From positions 98,012-162,011 of IMG/VR virus record IMGVR_UViG_3300008267_000003: a DNA stretch of 64,000 nt; one strand, given 5' to 3'. Position numbers and translations under genes: made by a program. A model generated the notes under the pieces. It had not been told where the DNA came from. It worked only from the letters and a program-made list of their open reading frames with translations, and did not search any database. This stretch comes from a virus. This document shows, piece by piece, positions 38,896-48,142 of the stretch. Every line of letters starts with the position of its first letter. Within the stretch, counting starts at the first letter, position 1.

Positions 38896-39147
38896 ATGTC
38901 AATGGAACTTTTTGACACCCAATCAAGGATAGCCATCTTGGAGCACGAAGTTAAGAACATTTCTGAACTTATGAAAGAGCTTCGTAAGGAACAGAAAGAA
39001 CAACATGAAGCTATGATGAGTCGTATTGATTCTATTGATAAGAGGATTGACATTCTCGAAAGATGGCGTTATATGGTGATTGGTGGTGCAATTGTTGTTG
39101 GATACCTCATTGCTCAGTTAGTTCAGCTTGCAAAAGTTATGAGTTGA
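38896..39147 (+). CDS. Coiled-coil protein with a C-terminal TM
   Basis: RIAILE...LERWRYMVIGGAIVVG. Confidence 0.7.
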   Translation: MSMELFDTQSRIAILEHEVKNISELMKELRKEQKEQHEAMMSRIDSIDKRIDILERWRYMVIGGAIVVGYLIAQLVQLAKVMS

Positions 39148-39172
39148 TTTACAAACAGGTTGCATATATAAT
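39144..39172 (+). promoter_or_regulatory. sigma70-type promoter of primase
   Basis: TTGATT-17-TATAAT. Confidence 0.7.
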
Positions 39173-39195
39173 CCTCTTGTTACTACGAGGAACTT

Positions 39196-40233
39196 ATGCA
39201 ACCTATTGATTACAAATATATTGGTCTTATATCATCACGCCTGCCACTGTTCAAGAAAAGAGCAGATGGTACGTATAACTTCAGATGCGTACTCTGTGGC
39301 GACTCCCAAACAAACAAGAGAAAAGCTCGTGGTTTCATCCTAACAAAGGATAATCAAACCACGTATTATTGTCATAACTGTCATGCATCTCTGAGTCTTG
39401 CTAATTTCATAAAGCATATTGATACTCAGTTATTTGATGAATACCAAAAAGAAAGATTAGCTGAAAAATATTCAGCTACTCAAGTTGGAATAACCGCAAA
39501 AGACCGTGACATCACCAAGGTGGTTTTTCCTAAATACCTGCGCGAGGCTGCTTTCAAGAAGCTCTCCAAAATATCCTCTCTCCGCTATGATCATCCTGCG
39601 AAAAAGTATGTAGACGAGCGAAAGATTCCAACAAAGCATCATCACAAGCTCTTTCTGTCTTTAAAGTTTAAGGAATGGGTTAATACAATTGTTCCTGATA
39701 AATTTAACGAAGAGTCCTTGCAAAACGATGGTCCAAGGTTGATCATACCTTTCATTGATATGGATGGTTCTTTGATAGGATTTACAGGTCGTGCATTTGG
39801 TAATTCAAAGGTGAGATACATAACAATACATGTTGATGCTAACAAACCTCTAATATTTGGATTGGATGCTATTAAGAAAACTGAGAAGATTTACGTAACA
39901 GAAGGTCCTTTAGACTCGTTATTCTTACCCAATGCGCTTGCAATGGGGTCATCCAACAATTTGAATGGATTGAAGCAGTTTATTGATGATCCTTCTAAAT
40001 TTGTTCTTGTAATGGATAACGAACCAAAGAACAAAGATATCTGCAAGATAGTTGAAAAAGCAATAGAACTTGGGTACAATGTATGTATTTGGCCGCAGCA
40101 TATAGTAGAGAAGGATGTAAATGAGATGGTACTTAATGGAACCAAACCTGAAGACGTTAAATTGACTATTGAATGTAACACGGTATCTGGTCTAGAAGCA
40201 AAACTTAAATTAGCACATTGGAAGAAATGTTAG
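39196..40233 (+). CDS. gp61: DNA primase (T4 gp61)
   Basis: Zn finger CVLCGDS...CHNC, TOPRIM EGPLDSLF, DNEP, KDVNEM. Confidence 0.95.
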   Translation: MQPIDYKYIGLISSRLPLFKKRADGTYNFRCVLCGDSQTNKRKARGFILTKDNQTTYYCHNCHASLSLANFIKHIDTQLFDEYQKERLAEKYSATQVGITAKDRDITKVVFPKYLREAAFKKLSKISSLRYDHPAKKYVDERKIPTKHHHKLFLSLKFKEWVNTIVPDKFNEESLQNDGPRLIIPFIDMDGSLIGFTGRAFGNSKVRYITIHVDANKPLIFGLDAIKKTEKIYVTEGPLDSLFLPNALAMGSSNNLNGLKQFIDDPSKFVLVMDNEPKNKDICKIVEKAIELGYNVCIWPQHIVEKDVNEMVLNGTKPEDVKLTIECNTVSGLEAKLKLAHWKKC

Positions 40234-40436
40234 AAATAGAAAAGAAAGCAAAACAATATCTCAGGTCCATGGATAGAATGATTATGGGTTGTGATACAGA
40301 AGAAGAGATAAGAATGCTTGCATGTGCAATGATGACGTCAGCAATAATAATACTCGAGCAGCAAATTGGCGTTAGAGGTACGAAGAAAATGCTTGAACAG
40401 ACTATGGAGAAACGACATGGAGCAGATACTAAATGA
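40227..40436 (+). CDS. Hypothetical protein
   Basis: Intact ORF overlapping both neighbours. Confidence 0.6.
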   Translation: MLEIEKKAKQYLRSMDRMIMGCDTEEEIRMLACAMMTSAIIILEQQIGVRGTKKMLEQTMEKRHGADTK

Positions 40437-40731
40437 GTATGAAGAACTTGATCCAGACAAGCGCAAACACCAAGAGCGTATTGGCCAGAAACAAAATCAC
40501 ATAAAAAAGCAGTACACAATAGCAAAGCGTAACGGTGGTAATCAGAGGTATCTGAAACAACCACATAGGCTTGCTAAACACAACGCCATGGATTGTGGTG
40601 TTCCTAACTGCCCTCTATGTGGTAATCGTAGAAGAGTGTGGGAAGAGAAGACAATCCAAGAACTTAAATTTGAACAGACTGAGAAATGGAATGATGATGA
40701 ACGTGAAGCTGATAAGCTACTCGGAACCTAG
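40417..40731 (+). CDS. Hypothetical basic protein with a Cys cluster
   Basis: GGAG SD; HNAMDCGVPNCPLCGNRR. Confidence 0.7.
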   Translation: MEQILNEYEELDPDKRKHQERIGQKQNHIKKQYTIAKRNGGNQRYLKQPHRLAKHNAMDCGVPNCPLCGNRRRVWEEKTIQELKFEQTEKWNDDEREADKLLGT

Positions 40732-41362
40732 TGGCTTAATGCCTGCAGACATAGATGATATACAAGACCTTATTGCATACTGTGCCAGAGTCTCTAACCC
40801 GTCCAACCAGACGAATACGGAGACTTCAGAAAAGCTCATCCAGTACCTCGCAAAACACCAACACTGGAGCCCATTTGAAATGGTATCAGCATGTATTGAG
40901 ATCGAAACAACCAGAGACATTGCAAGACAAATCCTTAGACACCGAAGCTTTAGCTTCCAAGAGTTCAGCCAGCGGTACGCAGATCCGACCAAAGAACTGG
41001 ATTTCGTATTACGAGACGCAAGAATGCAGGACACCAGTAATAGACAAAACAGCATAGAAACAGATAACACTGCTCTACAGACCATGTGGGAAGAGCAACA
41101 GCGTTTTATTATTGCTTCTGCAAAGAGTGCTTATGATTGGGCAATTGTTAACGGGATTGCTAAGGAACAAGCAAGAGCAGTGCTACCGGAAGGACTGACA
41201 GTATCACGTTTGTACATGAATGGAACAATTAGATCGTGGATTCATTACATTGAGCTACGTAGTGCTAACGGCACACAAAAGGAACATATGGAGATAGCAA
41301 AGCAGTGTGCAGTAGAGCTGGCCAAGATATTTCCAATGATAAGAGAATACGTTCAACAATAA
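40697..41362 (+). CDS. thyX: Flavin-dependent thymidylate synthase
   Basis: AYCARVSNP, HWSPFE, QILRHRSFSFQEFSQRY, EQARAVLP. Confidence 0.97.
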   Translation: MNVKLISYSEPSGLMPADIDDIQDLIAYCARVSNPSNQTNTETSEKLIQYLAKHQHWSPFEMVSACIEIETTRDIARQILRHRSFSFQEFSQRYADPTKELDFVLRDARMQDTSNRQNSIETDNTALQTMWEEQQRFIIASAKSAYDWAIVNGIAKEQARAVLPEGLTVSRLYMNGTIRSWIHYIELRSANGTQKEHMEIAKQCAVELAKIFPMIREYVQQ

Positions 41363-41379
41363 TAACAAAGAGGTAACAA

Positions 41380-43167
41380 TTGAAATACACAATAACAATC
41401 GATAAAACCAGAGACGCTTTATTCGATGATCATGGCATGAAAAGACTCAAAGAATCGTACATGCTAGATAGTGAGGAATCTCCACAAGAACGTTTTGCAT
41501 TTGTCTCGTCAGCATTTGCTTCAAATCAAGAACACGCACAGAGGTTATATGACTATTCATCCAAACACTGGTTGTCTTACTCCACTCCAATCCTTTCGTT
41601 TGGAAGAACACAAAAAGGATTACCTATATCTTGCTTTCTTAATTACATGCATGATAGCTCCGCTGGTCTCGTTGATAACCTCTCAGAAACAAACTGGTTA
41701 TCAATGCTTGGAGGTGGTGTAGGTGTCGGCTTTGGCATCCGTTCCGCTGATGATAAGTCTACTGGGGTTATGCCTCATTTGCGTATATACGACGCTTCGT
41801 CTCTTGCATACAGACAGGGACGGACTCGCAGAGGCTCTTACGCTGCCTATTTGGATATCGATCACCCTGATATTGCTTTATTCCTGGACATGCGAAAGCC
41901 GACAGGGGATCCTAACATGCGGGCTTTGAACCTGCATCATGGACTCAACATTACAGATAAGTTTATGCAGTTGGTTGAAGCTTGTATGCTTGACCCGGAC
42001 TGTGATGATAGTTGGGAATTAAAAGATCCACATGATGGAGAAGTTCGTGAAGTAGTATCAGCAAAAGCACTATGGCAACAAATCCTTGAACTAAGAATGC
42101 AAACTGGTGAACCTTACCTTCACTTTGTAGATACAAGTAACAAACATCTACCAAAGCACTTGAAGGATAAAGGTCTTAAAGTAAGACAGTCTAACCTGTG
42201 TTCTGAGATTGTTCTTCCTACTGATAAAGACAGAACAGCTGTGTGCTGTTTATCGTCTGTTAATTTGGAGTATTATGATGATTGGAAAGGTAATGATCTT
42301 TTTCTTCGGGACATCGCTGAGATGTTGGATAACGTACTTCAGTACTTTATTGACAATGCTCCTAGCGCTATTTCTCGAGCGATATACTCTGCCAGCCAGG
42401 AGCGCAGCATTGGTGTGGGGGCTCTTGGTTATCATGCTTATCTGCAGAAGAATAACATACCATGGGAATCGTCGATGGCTGTTGGCAGAAACAAACAGAT
42501 CTTCAAGCACATCAGGAGTAAACTAGATGCAGCTAATTTGGAACTAGGTAGGGAAAGAGGAGAAGCTCCTGATGCTGTTGGTACTGGTATGCGTTTTAGC
42601 CACCTTATGGCTATTGCCCCTAATGCCAGCTCCTCTATTATCATGGGGAATACTTCTCCTAGTATTGAACCATATCGCGCTAATGCCTATAGACAAGACA
42701 CCCTCTCAGGATCTTCTCTTAACAGAAACAGATTCCTTGACACAATCATTAAAAAGGAAGCAGAGAACCACCCAGACGGATGGTACGATGAAACGTGGTC
42801 AAGTATTATTGCAACTGATGGATCCGTCCAGCACCTTGAATGGATGGATGAGTGGACAAAAGACGTTTACAAAACAAGTATGGAAATTGACCAGCGATGG
42901 CTCGTACAGCATGCAGCAGATCGTCAAGAGTATATTGATCAAGCACAATCCTTAAACCTCTTCTTCAGACCAGATGTAAACATTAAGTACTTACACGCAG
43001 TTCATTTCCAAGCATGGAAACAAGGGCTTAAGAGTCTTTACTATTGCAGAAGCGAAAAGATTGGTAAGGCTGACAAGGTATCTAAGCGTATTGAACGTCA
43101 GGTGATTGAAGAGATTGATATCAAGGCATTAGCATCGGAGGAAGTCTGTCTGGCTTGCGAAGGATGA
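41380..43167 (+). CDS. nrdA: Class Ia ribonucleotide reductase alpha (short, no ATP cone; TTG start)
   Basis: PISCFL, QSNLCSEI, AIAPNASSS, SLYYCRS, C-terminal CLACEG. Confidence 0.96.
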   Translation: MKYTITIDKTRDALFDDHGMKRLKESYMLDSEESPQERFAFVSSAFASNQEHAQRLYDYSSKHWLSYSTPILSFGRTQKGLPISCFLNYMHDSSAGLVDNLSETNWLSMLGGGVGVGFGIRSADDKSTGVMPHLRIYDASSLAYRQGRTRRGSYAAYLDIDHPDIALFLDMRKPTGDPNMRALNLHHGLNITDKFMQLVEACMLDPDCDDSWELKDPHDGEVREVVSAKALWQQILELRMQTGEPYLHFVDTSNKHLPKHLKDKGLKVRQSNLCSEIVLPTDKDRTAVCCLSSVNLEYYDDWKGNDLFLRDIAEMLDNVLQYFIDNAPSAISRAIYSASQERSIGVGALGYHAYLQKNNIPWESSMAVGRNKQIFKHIRSKLDAANLELGRERGEAPDAVGTGMRFSHLMAIAPNASSSIIMGNTSPSIEPYRANAYRQDTLSGSSLNRNRFLDTIIKKEAENHPDGWYDETWSSIIATDGSVQHLEWMDEWTKDVYKTSMEIDQRWLVQHAADRQEYIDQAQSLNLFFRPDVNIKYLHAVHFQAWKQGLKSLYYCRSEKIGKADKVSKRIERQVIEEIDIKALASEEVCLACEG

Positions 43168-43168
43168 T

Positions 43169-43804
43169 ATGAAAACTATAGCGTTGTTTGTTCATCAACC
43201 TAAATGCTCAGTGCAATCAGGGAATGGAATAATCAGGGCTCTCTCTCCATATTATAGATTCAAGATATTTACTAAACATGAGATCGAATCCGACTTCTTT
43301 GATAACGTTGATATGGTGTGCCTACCTGGTGGTATCGGTGATTCAGATTCCTTTGATAGTTTATTTAAAGCCAATGGATCCTATATCAAGTCATTCGTAC
43401 AACGTGGTGGCAGGTATCTTGGAATCTGTATGGGGGCTTATTGGGCTGATCATAACTATTTTGGGTTCTTGGAAAATACAGAAGCTCAGCAATACATAAG
43501 ACAGCCCAACACCTGTACTAGACGACCTCATGCTAAAGCAATGAAGATCAACTGGAAGGGTGAGAATCAAAGGATGTTCTTTTATGACGGTCCTACGTTT
43601 GTTGGTACAGGGTTTAATACTGTTGCTACATATCCAAATGGTAACCCAATGGCAATATATCAAGGACGTCTAGGACTTATAGGATGCCATCCTGAGAGTG
43701 AAGAGCACTGGTATAAATATTACTCCTGGATGAGAGGTTTATATCATGATGGCGAGCACCACAAGCTGCTACTTAATTTTGTTAGAGAGTTGATGGAGAA
43801 GTGA
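43169..43804 (+). CDS. BPL_N / class I glutamine-amidotransferase-like protein
   Basis: LPGG, YLGICMGAY, GCHPE. Confidence 0.8.
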   Translation: MKTIALFVHQPKCSVQSGNGIIRALSPYYRFKIFTKHEIESDFFDNVDMVCLPGGIGDSDSFDSLFKANGSYIKSFVQRGGRYLGICMGAYWADHNYFGFLENTEAQQYIRQPNTCTRRPHAKAMKINWKGENQRMFFYDGPTFVGTGFNTVATYPNGNPMAIYQGRLGLIGCHPESEEHWYKYYSWMRGLYHDGEHHKLLLNFVRELMEK

Positions 43805-43805
43805 T

Positions 43806-43970
43806 ATGATAGGTGAAATGATAGTGTGGGGTTTTTTCAGTGCTATGGGCTGGATGATGGCAAATTGGACAGTGGATAAAGTATTCCCTGACAAGCCACC
43901 AGCTGTTGAGCAAAAAGTAGAGGAGAAAAAGGATGGCAGAGATTCTAAGCTTCCCAGACAAGAAAAGTGA
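43806..43970 (+). CDS. Small membrane protein (not in the track)
   Basis: MIGEMIVWGFFSAMGWMMANW...; GGAG upstream. Confidence 0.55.
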   Translation: MIGEMIVWGFFSAMGWMMANWTVDKVFPDKPPAVEQKVEEKKDGRDSKLPRQEK

Positions 43971-44118
43971 GAGAGAAATTGCTAAGCTTCATGATGATGT
44001 TTTAATTGAAGAGCACAGAGTGAAACTAATGACTCTTTATGCTCAGATGGAGCACGTTCTAAAAGAGATTAACTATCATAAGGAAGTTATAAAATTACTA
44101 GAAAAGGGTAATAAGTAA
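43933..44118 (+). CDS. Hypothetical protein
   Basis: GAGGAG SD; MAEILSFP. Confidence 0.65.
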   Translation: MAEILSFPDKKSEREIAKLHDDVLIEEHRVKLMTLYAQMEHVLKEINYHKEVIKLLEKGNK

Positions 44119-44288
44119 TGTGGTGGTTAGCTATAATTATTACATCTGTAGACCCATACACTCAACCAAAAGGGAGTCTCAATGTTCCTTTTACCACCGA
44201 GCAAAAATGCAAAGAAGCAAAACAACAAATAACAAGTTCTTTCTCTGTCGAGGGATATAGACTAACAGCTAGCTGCACAGTGAGATGA
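44118..44288 (+). CDS. Small hypothetical protein (not in the track)
   Basis: TAATG coupling; MWWLAIII...C...C. Confidence 0.55.
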   Translation: MWWLAIIITSVDPYTQPKGSLNVPFTTEQKCKEAKQQITSSFSVEGYRLTASCTVR

Positions 44289-44572
44289 AAGACTTATTAA
44301 AATTTCTACCACAGATCTTGAGCTACATGCCCGAGATCATAAAGTATATAAAGTATATTCCAATACTAATGGTGTTAGGTGTTGTTGGGTATGTTGGATA
44401 CTATTTTGCTACGACATACAAAGACCCGTTTAAATGTTACAACAATGAGATATACGAAAGAATGTCTATAGACTCAAATGTGTATAAGTTCAAAGGTGGA
44501 TATTGCGTTAATCTAGACGCTAAGGAGATTCAAAATAGTAACGATAACCAGCCAAGCGGCAAAGAAGATTAA
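44285..44572 (+). CDS. Membrane protein
   Basis: One TM segment; ATGA overlap. Confidence 0.65.
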   Translation: MKDLLKFLPQILSYMPEIIKYIKYIPILMVLGVVGYVGYYFATTYKDPFKCYNNEIYERMSIDSNVYKFKGGYCVNLDAKEIQNSNDNQPSGKED

Positions 44573-44858
44573 ATCTATTATTGATCAAGAAGACCCTTTA
44601 CTTAAACTTAGAATATTTGTTCAGGGTGGAGGATGTTCTGGCTTTCAGTATGGATTTTCGTTAGAGGAGAACCCACTAACAGAAGACGATATGGTGTTCA
44701 CTAAAGACGATATAGAAGTTGTAGTAGATGCGATGAGCATGCAGTACCTGAATGAAGCTGTGATTGACTACGAGGAAACATTAATGGGTTCGGAATTCAA
44801 AATCAAAAACCCTAACGTAACTGCTACATGCGGTTGCGGATCCTCTTTCACGGTATAA
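44535..44858 (+). CDS. erpA: ErpA/IscA (HesB) Fe-S cluster carrier, apparent ATA start; missed by the ORF track
   Basis: LRIFVQGGGCSGFQYGF, VVDAMSMQYL, NPNVTATCGCGSSF; AAGGAG SD 7 nt before ATA. Confidence 0.9.
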   Translation: MVTITSQAAKKIKSIIDQEDPLLKLRIFVQGGGCSGFQYGFSLEENPLTEDDMVFTKDDIEVVVDAMSMQYLNEAVIDYEETLMGSEFKIKNPNVTATCGCGSSFTV

Positions 44859-45089
44859 ATGGAACCAGAAAAAAAAGAACAAGACGAACAAGAAGACCTA
44901 TCAAGCAAGCTAAACAAGTTTAAACCCAAGAAGAAGATGACAGTGTCTATGGATCTTTTAGACGGGGCAAACAATTATGATGACAAACTTGTTGTTGTCA
45001 AAGCAGTTACAGAAAAAGAAATGAAGAGAGTTGTTCTACTAATGAAGAAGATGTTGAAGGATGGAGTTGACAGTAAAAACAAACTATGA
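44859..45089 (+). CDS. Hypothetical protein
   Basis: Intact ORF between neighbours. Confidence 0.6.
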   Translation: MEPEKKEQDEQEDLSSKLNKFKPKKKMTVSMDLLDGANNYDDKLVVVKAVTEKEMKRVVLLMKKMLKDGVDSKNKL

Positions 45090-45607
45090 ATAGAAGACCA
45101 CTATATTATATTTCTAGAAACAAAGAAGAAGAACTGATTGACAAATTAATTACCTTGGTAGATAATAGGAACTTCAATCCTGATCATACTGCAGTTATAC
45201 AGGCGTCAGTAGATTTTGCAGGGACTGCAGCCATGCATCTTTCTCACGCATGGTCTGTTAAAGGTGAGGTACTTCCAATCATTCCAATTGAGGTAACTTA
45301 TCCGGGTGAGAGCTACGAGTATGTAATCTCAAAGTTCAGATATGATATGGATTGGCACCTCAAACACAAAGGGTATAAGAACTTTGTGGTGGTGGAAGCT
45401 GGTATCATCAGAGGTGGTAATTGGAAGTGGATATTGGAGGAGTTTGAAATTCTTGGGTACTACCGAAAGGATGTAACCCTTGTGACATTGTGTGAAAACA
45501 TCCACAGCGTAGTTAAGTCCGACTATGTTGGTGAGTACTACGATGACAACGAAAAGGATTTGACTTTTTACTTTGAGAAGTTTAACAAGAACTGGCCTAT
45601 AAACTGA
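45086..45607 (+). CDS. Phosphoribosyltransferase-like protein
   Basis: FVVVEAGIIRGGN resembles a PRPP-binding loop. Confidence 0.45.
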   Translation: MNRRPLYYISRNKEEELIDKLITLVDNRNFNPDHTAVIQASVDFAGTAAMHLSHAWSVKGEVLPIIPIEVTYPGESYEYVISKFRYDMDWHLKHKGYKNFVVVEAGIIRGGNWKWILEEFEILGYYRKDVTLVTLCENIHSVVKSDYVGEYYDDNEKDLTFYFEKFNKNWPIN

Positions 45608-45608
45608 T

Positions 45609-45788
45609 ATGTATACACTAATAAACTTTATCTCTTTTGTCATTTTAACATTTATCTCTATTCGTATGGGAGATCCAGTAGGTATTGTTCTTTGCCTGAT
45701 TGGTTTTACTATAATGCTTGTACCATGTGAAGAAATGGATCTACATTATGATAATCACAATAATAAATATAAACTAGGAGAAACATGA
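45609..45788 (+). CDS. Small 2-TM protein (not in the track)
   Basis: Hydrophobic 59-aa ORF filling the gap. Confidence 0.45.
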   Translation: MYTLINFISFVILTFISIRMGDPVGIVLCLIGFTIMLVPCEEMDLHYDNHNNKYKLGET

Positions 45789-46216
45789 AAAAGATCTTAT
45801 TGCTTTTAGCTTTTTTACCGCTAATCAGCTTTGCTAAAGATAAAAATGGTGTATTGTATGATGTTGTAATCACCAGAGTCAAGGATGGAGATACCGTTGC
45901 ATTTCAAGCAACATGGCTTCCTGATCCACTACCCAAAGAACTTGCAGTAAGAGTTTACGGTGTTGATACTCCTGAAAAAGGATTTCGTGCTAAGTGTCCA
46001 CAAGAAGAAGCAAGAGGACAGGCTGCTACCAACTTCACAAAGAACGCAGTAGCCAAATCTATCAAACGTCAAGTGCTTTTAATGGATTGGGATAAATTTG
46101 GTGGACGTGTACTTGGTGATGTCATTCTTGATGGTGTTAGCCTGAGACAGATGTTAATTCAGAATGGTTTTGCAAGAGAGTACTATGGTGAAACTAAACA
46201 AAGTTGGTGCAATTAA
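45785..46216 (+). CDS. Secreted thermonuclease (SNase-like)
   Basis: Signal peptide, RVKDGDT, VRVYGVDTPE, DKFGGRVLG. Confidence 0.9.
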   Translation: MKKILLLLAFLPLISFAKDKNGVLYDVVITRVKDGDTVAFQATWLPDPLPKELAVRVYGVDTPEKGFRAKCPQEEARGQAATNFTKNAVAKSIKRQVLLMDWDKFGGRVLGDVILDGVSLRQMLIQNGFAREYYGETKQSWCN

Positions 46217-47205
46217 TGGCTAAACAGAAATCAAAACTAGTAGACGAAAGAAACTCTTTCAAGCCGTTTTTCTATCCTTGGGCGTATGACGCTTGGTTGA
46301 AGCATGAACAAAGTCATTGGATGCATACAGAGGTTCCAATGATTGAGGATGTTAAAGATTGGAAGAATAAGTTAAACGATCAAGAGAAGCATTTCCTAAC
46401 AAACATCTTCAGATTCTTTACACAGGGTGATGTAGATGTTGCTGGTGGGTATGTTAAAAATTATCTACCATACTTCCCACAACCTGAAGTAAGAATGATG
46501 TTGCTTGGGTTTGCAGCAAGAGAAGCACTACACATTGCAGCCTATAGCCACCTGATTGAGACTCTGGGAATGCCTGAGTCAACTTATAACGAGTTTCTCG
46601 AATATGAGGAGATGAGAGCCAAACATGATTACCTTCTTGATATTAGCTCACAGAATGGTGATGCTGCTTCTACTGCTACTCACATTGCAGTATTCTCTGC
46701 TTTCACCGAAGGAATGCAACTATTCAGTTCCTTTATCATGCTACTTAACTTCCCACGCCACGGTAAGATGAAAGGTATGGGCCAGATTGTTACCTGGTCG
46801 ATTGTAGATGAAACACAACATGCTGAGTCAATGATTAGGTTGTTTAGAACCTATGTTGAAGAGAACAAAGAGATATGGAATGATGATCTGAAAGGTAGAA
46901 TCTATACTATAGCAGAACGAATGGTTGAACTTGAAGATAAGTTTATTGATCTATCATTCTCACAGGGTACTATGGAGGGGTTAGATGCAGAAGATGTTAA
47001 GCGCTATATTCGCTATATTGCTGACCGCAGGCTTATTTCTCTTGGTCTTAAAGGGATTTTCAAAGTAAAGAAGAATCCTTTACCTTGGGTAGAAGAAATG
47101 ATCAATGCTCCTACGCATACTAACTTCTTTGAGAATCGTGCAACAGACTATGCTAAGGGTGCTCTTAGCGGTGATTGGGGTGATGTTTGGGCTAGGGCTG
47201 CGTAA
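46216..47205 (+). CDS. nrdB: Ribonucleotide reductase beta
   Basis: FFTQGDVDV, REALH, EGMQLFSSF, DETQH, NFFENRATDY. Confidence 0.97.
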   Translation: MAKQKSKLVDERNSFKPFFYPWAYDAWLKHEQSHWMHTEVPMIEDVKDWKNKLNDQEKHFLTNIFRFFTQGDVDVAGGYVKNYLPYFPQPEVRMMLLGFAAREALHIAAYSHLIETLGMPESTYNEFLEYEEMRAKHDYLLDISSQNGDAASTATHIAVFSAFTEGMQLFSSFIMLLNFPRHGKMKGMGQIVTWSIVDETQHAESMIRLFRTYVEENKEIWNDDLKGRIYTIAERMVELEDKFIDLSFSQGTMEGLDAEDVKRYIRYIADRRLISLGLKGIFKVKKNPLPWVEEMINAPTHTNFFENRATDYAKGALSGDWGDVWARAA

Positions 47206-47225
47206 TTAACTCAATTATGACCGTT

Positions 47226-47280
47226 TGAAGTCTAAATGAAGTACGCTTGAAGTCCATTTGATGAAATTTTGATTAAAAAA
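47226..47280. repeat. 11-bp periodic TGAAG/TGAT array (Pho-box-like CTTCA on the - strand)
   Basis: TGA at 47226, 47237, 47248, 47259 and 47270. Confidence 0.55.
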
Positions 47281-47344
47281 GTGGGGTTTTGAAAAGTCGT
47301 GTAATATATACGGTCGTTGTTCAACAACGATACGAAAGGACACA

Positions 47345-47443
47345 ATGAAGACTTTTCTAACCCCGCTTTTTGCATTATTAATTTCAACAACTGCGCTAGC
47401 AGCCGACATCACGGTAGCTTTTAATTCAACTCGGTCACAATAA
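47345..47443 (+). pseudogene. 32-aa signal-peptide remnant, PstS-like N-terminus
   Basis: AAGGA SD; MKTFLTPLFALLISTTALA-ADIT, then early stop. Confidence 0.45.
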
Positions 47444-47516
47444 TAAGGTGACACTGGATCCGTAACCAGTAACTTTCAAAACATATATACTTACTCCCGT
47501 TCAAGGAGTAGGTATT

Positions 47517-47975
47517 ATGTACAACCTTACAAAATCAATAATCCTCAGCTTAGCTCTATTAGCAACAAGCGCTTTTAGTTATGAGCTTGGAGTGATCAAT
47601 AATTCCGATGGATCACGAGGTATCACACATAACCCGGATGAATGGGTGTATGCTGAGTCAGGTAGTTCCTACAAAGTTTACATTGAAAAAAGTATGATAG
47701 GCCACAAAGGCGATGAAGTTGATTTTCATTCGGTAACAGAATTCAATACATTTGAGGAATACAAAGGTCTCCCGTACAAAATAAAACGTATATATACATA
47801 CGGTGTAATGAGCTGTAAAAGATCAATGTTAATGATCTTTGTTGATATGTATACTGATCTTGACAATACAATAAGATTTTCAAGTGCATATCAGAACGGC
47901 TCTTACATAGTCGATATGAATGAAACAGAACTAAGAAAACAAATAAAATACATGGTTTGTGGAGATACTATATGA
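47517..47975 (+). CDS. Secreted hypothetical protein
   Basis: Signal peptide; SD buried in an 11-bp hairpin. Confidence 0.7.
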   Translation: MYNLTKSIILSLALLATSAFSYELGVINNSDGSRGITHNPDEWVYAESGSSYKVYIEKSMIGHKGDEVDFHSVTEFNTFEEYKGLPYKIKRIYTYGVMSCKRSMLMIFVDMYTDLDNTIRFSSAYQNGSYIVDMNETELRKQIKYMVCGDTI

Positions 47976-48142
47976 TCGGTGACGATAAAGAAATTCAGAT
48001 GTGTAGAACATGCGATGCAGAGTTTGTGGTTGATGGATACAATATAGACGAGTCTTTATCCTTTTGTCCATACTGTGGCTCTATGATGGGTGAAGATCCC
48101 ATGGAAGAAGAATTCTTTGATGATGAAAATATAGACAGATGA
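47972..48142 (+). CDS. Small zinc-ribbon protein
   Basis: CRTC...CPYC, acidic tail. Confidence 0.7.
   Translation: MIGDDKEIQMCRTCDAEFVVDGYNIDESLSFCPYCGSMMGEDPMEEEFFDDENIDR

Noticed and set aside
9147-47205. Introns or inteins in gp43, uvsX, gp41, thyX, nrdA, nrdB
   Set aside because: All are uninterrupted and of expected length, with no intein motifs seen
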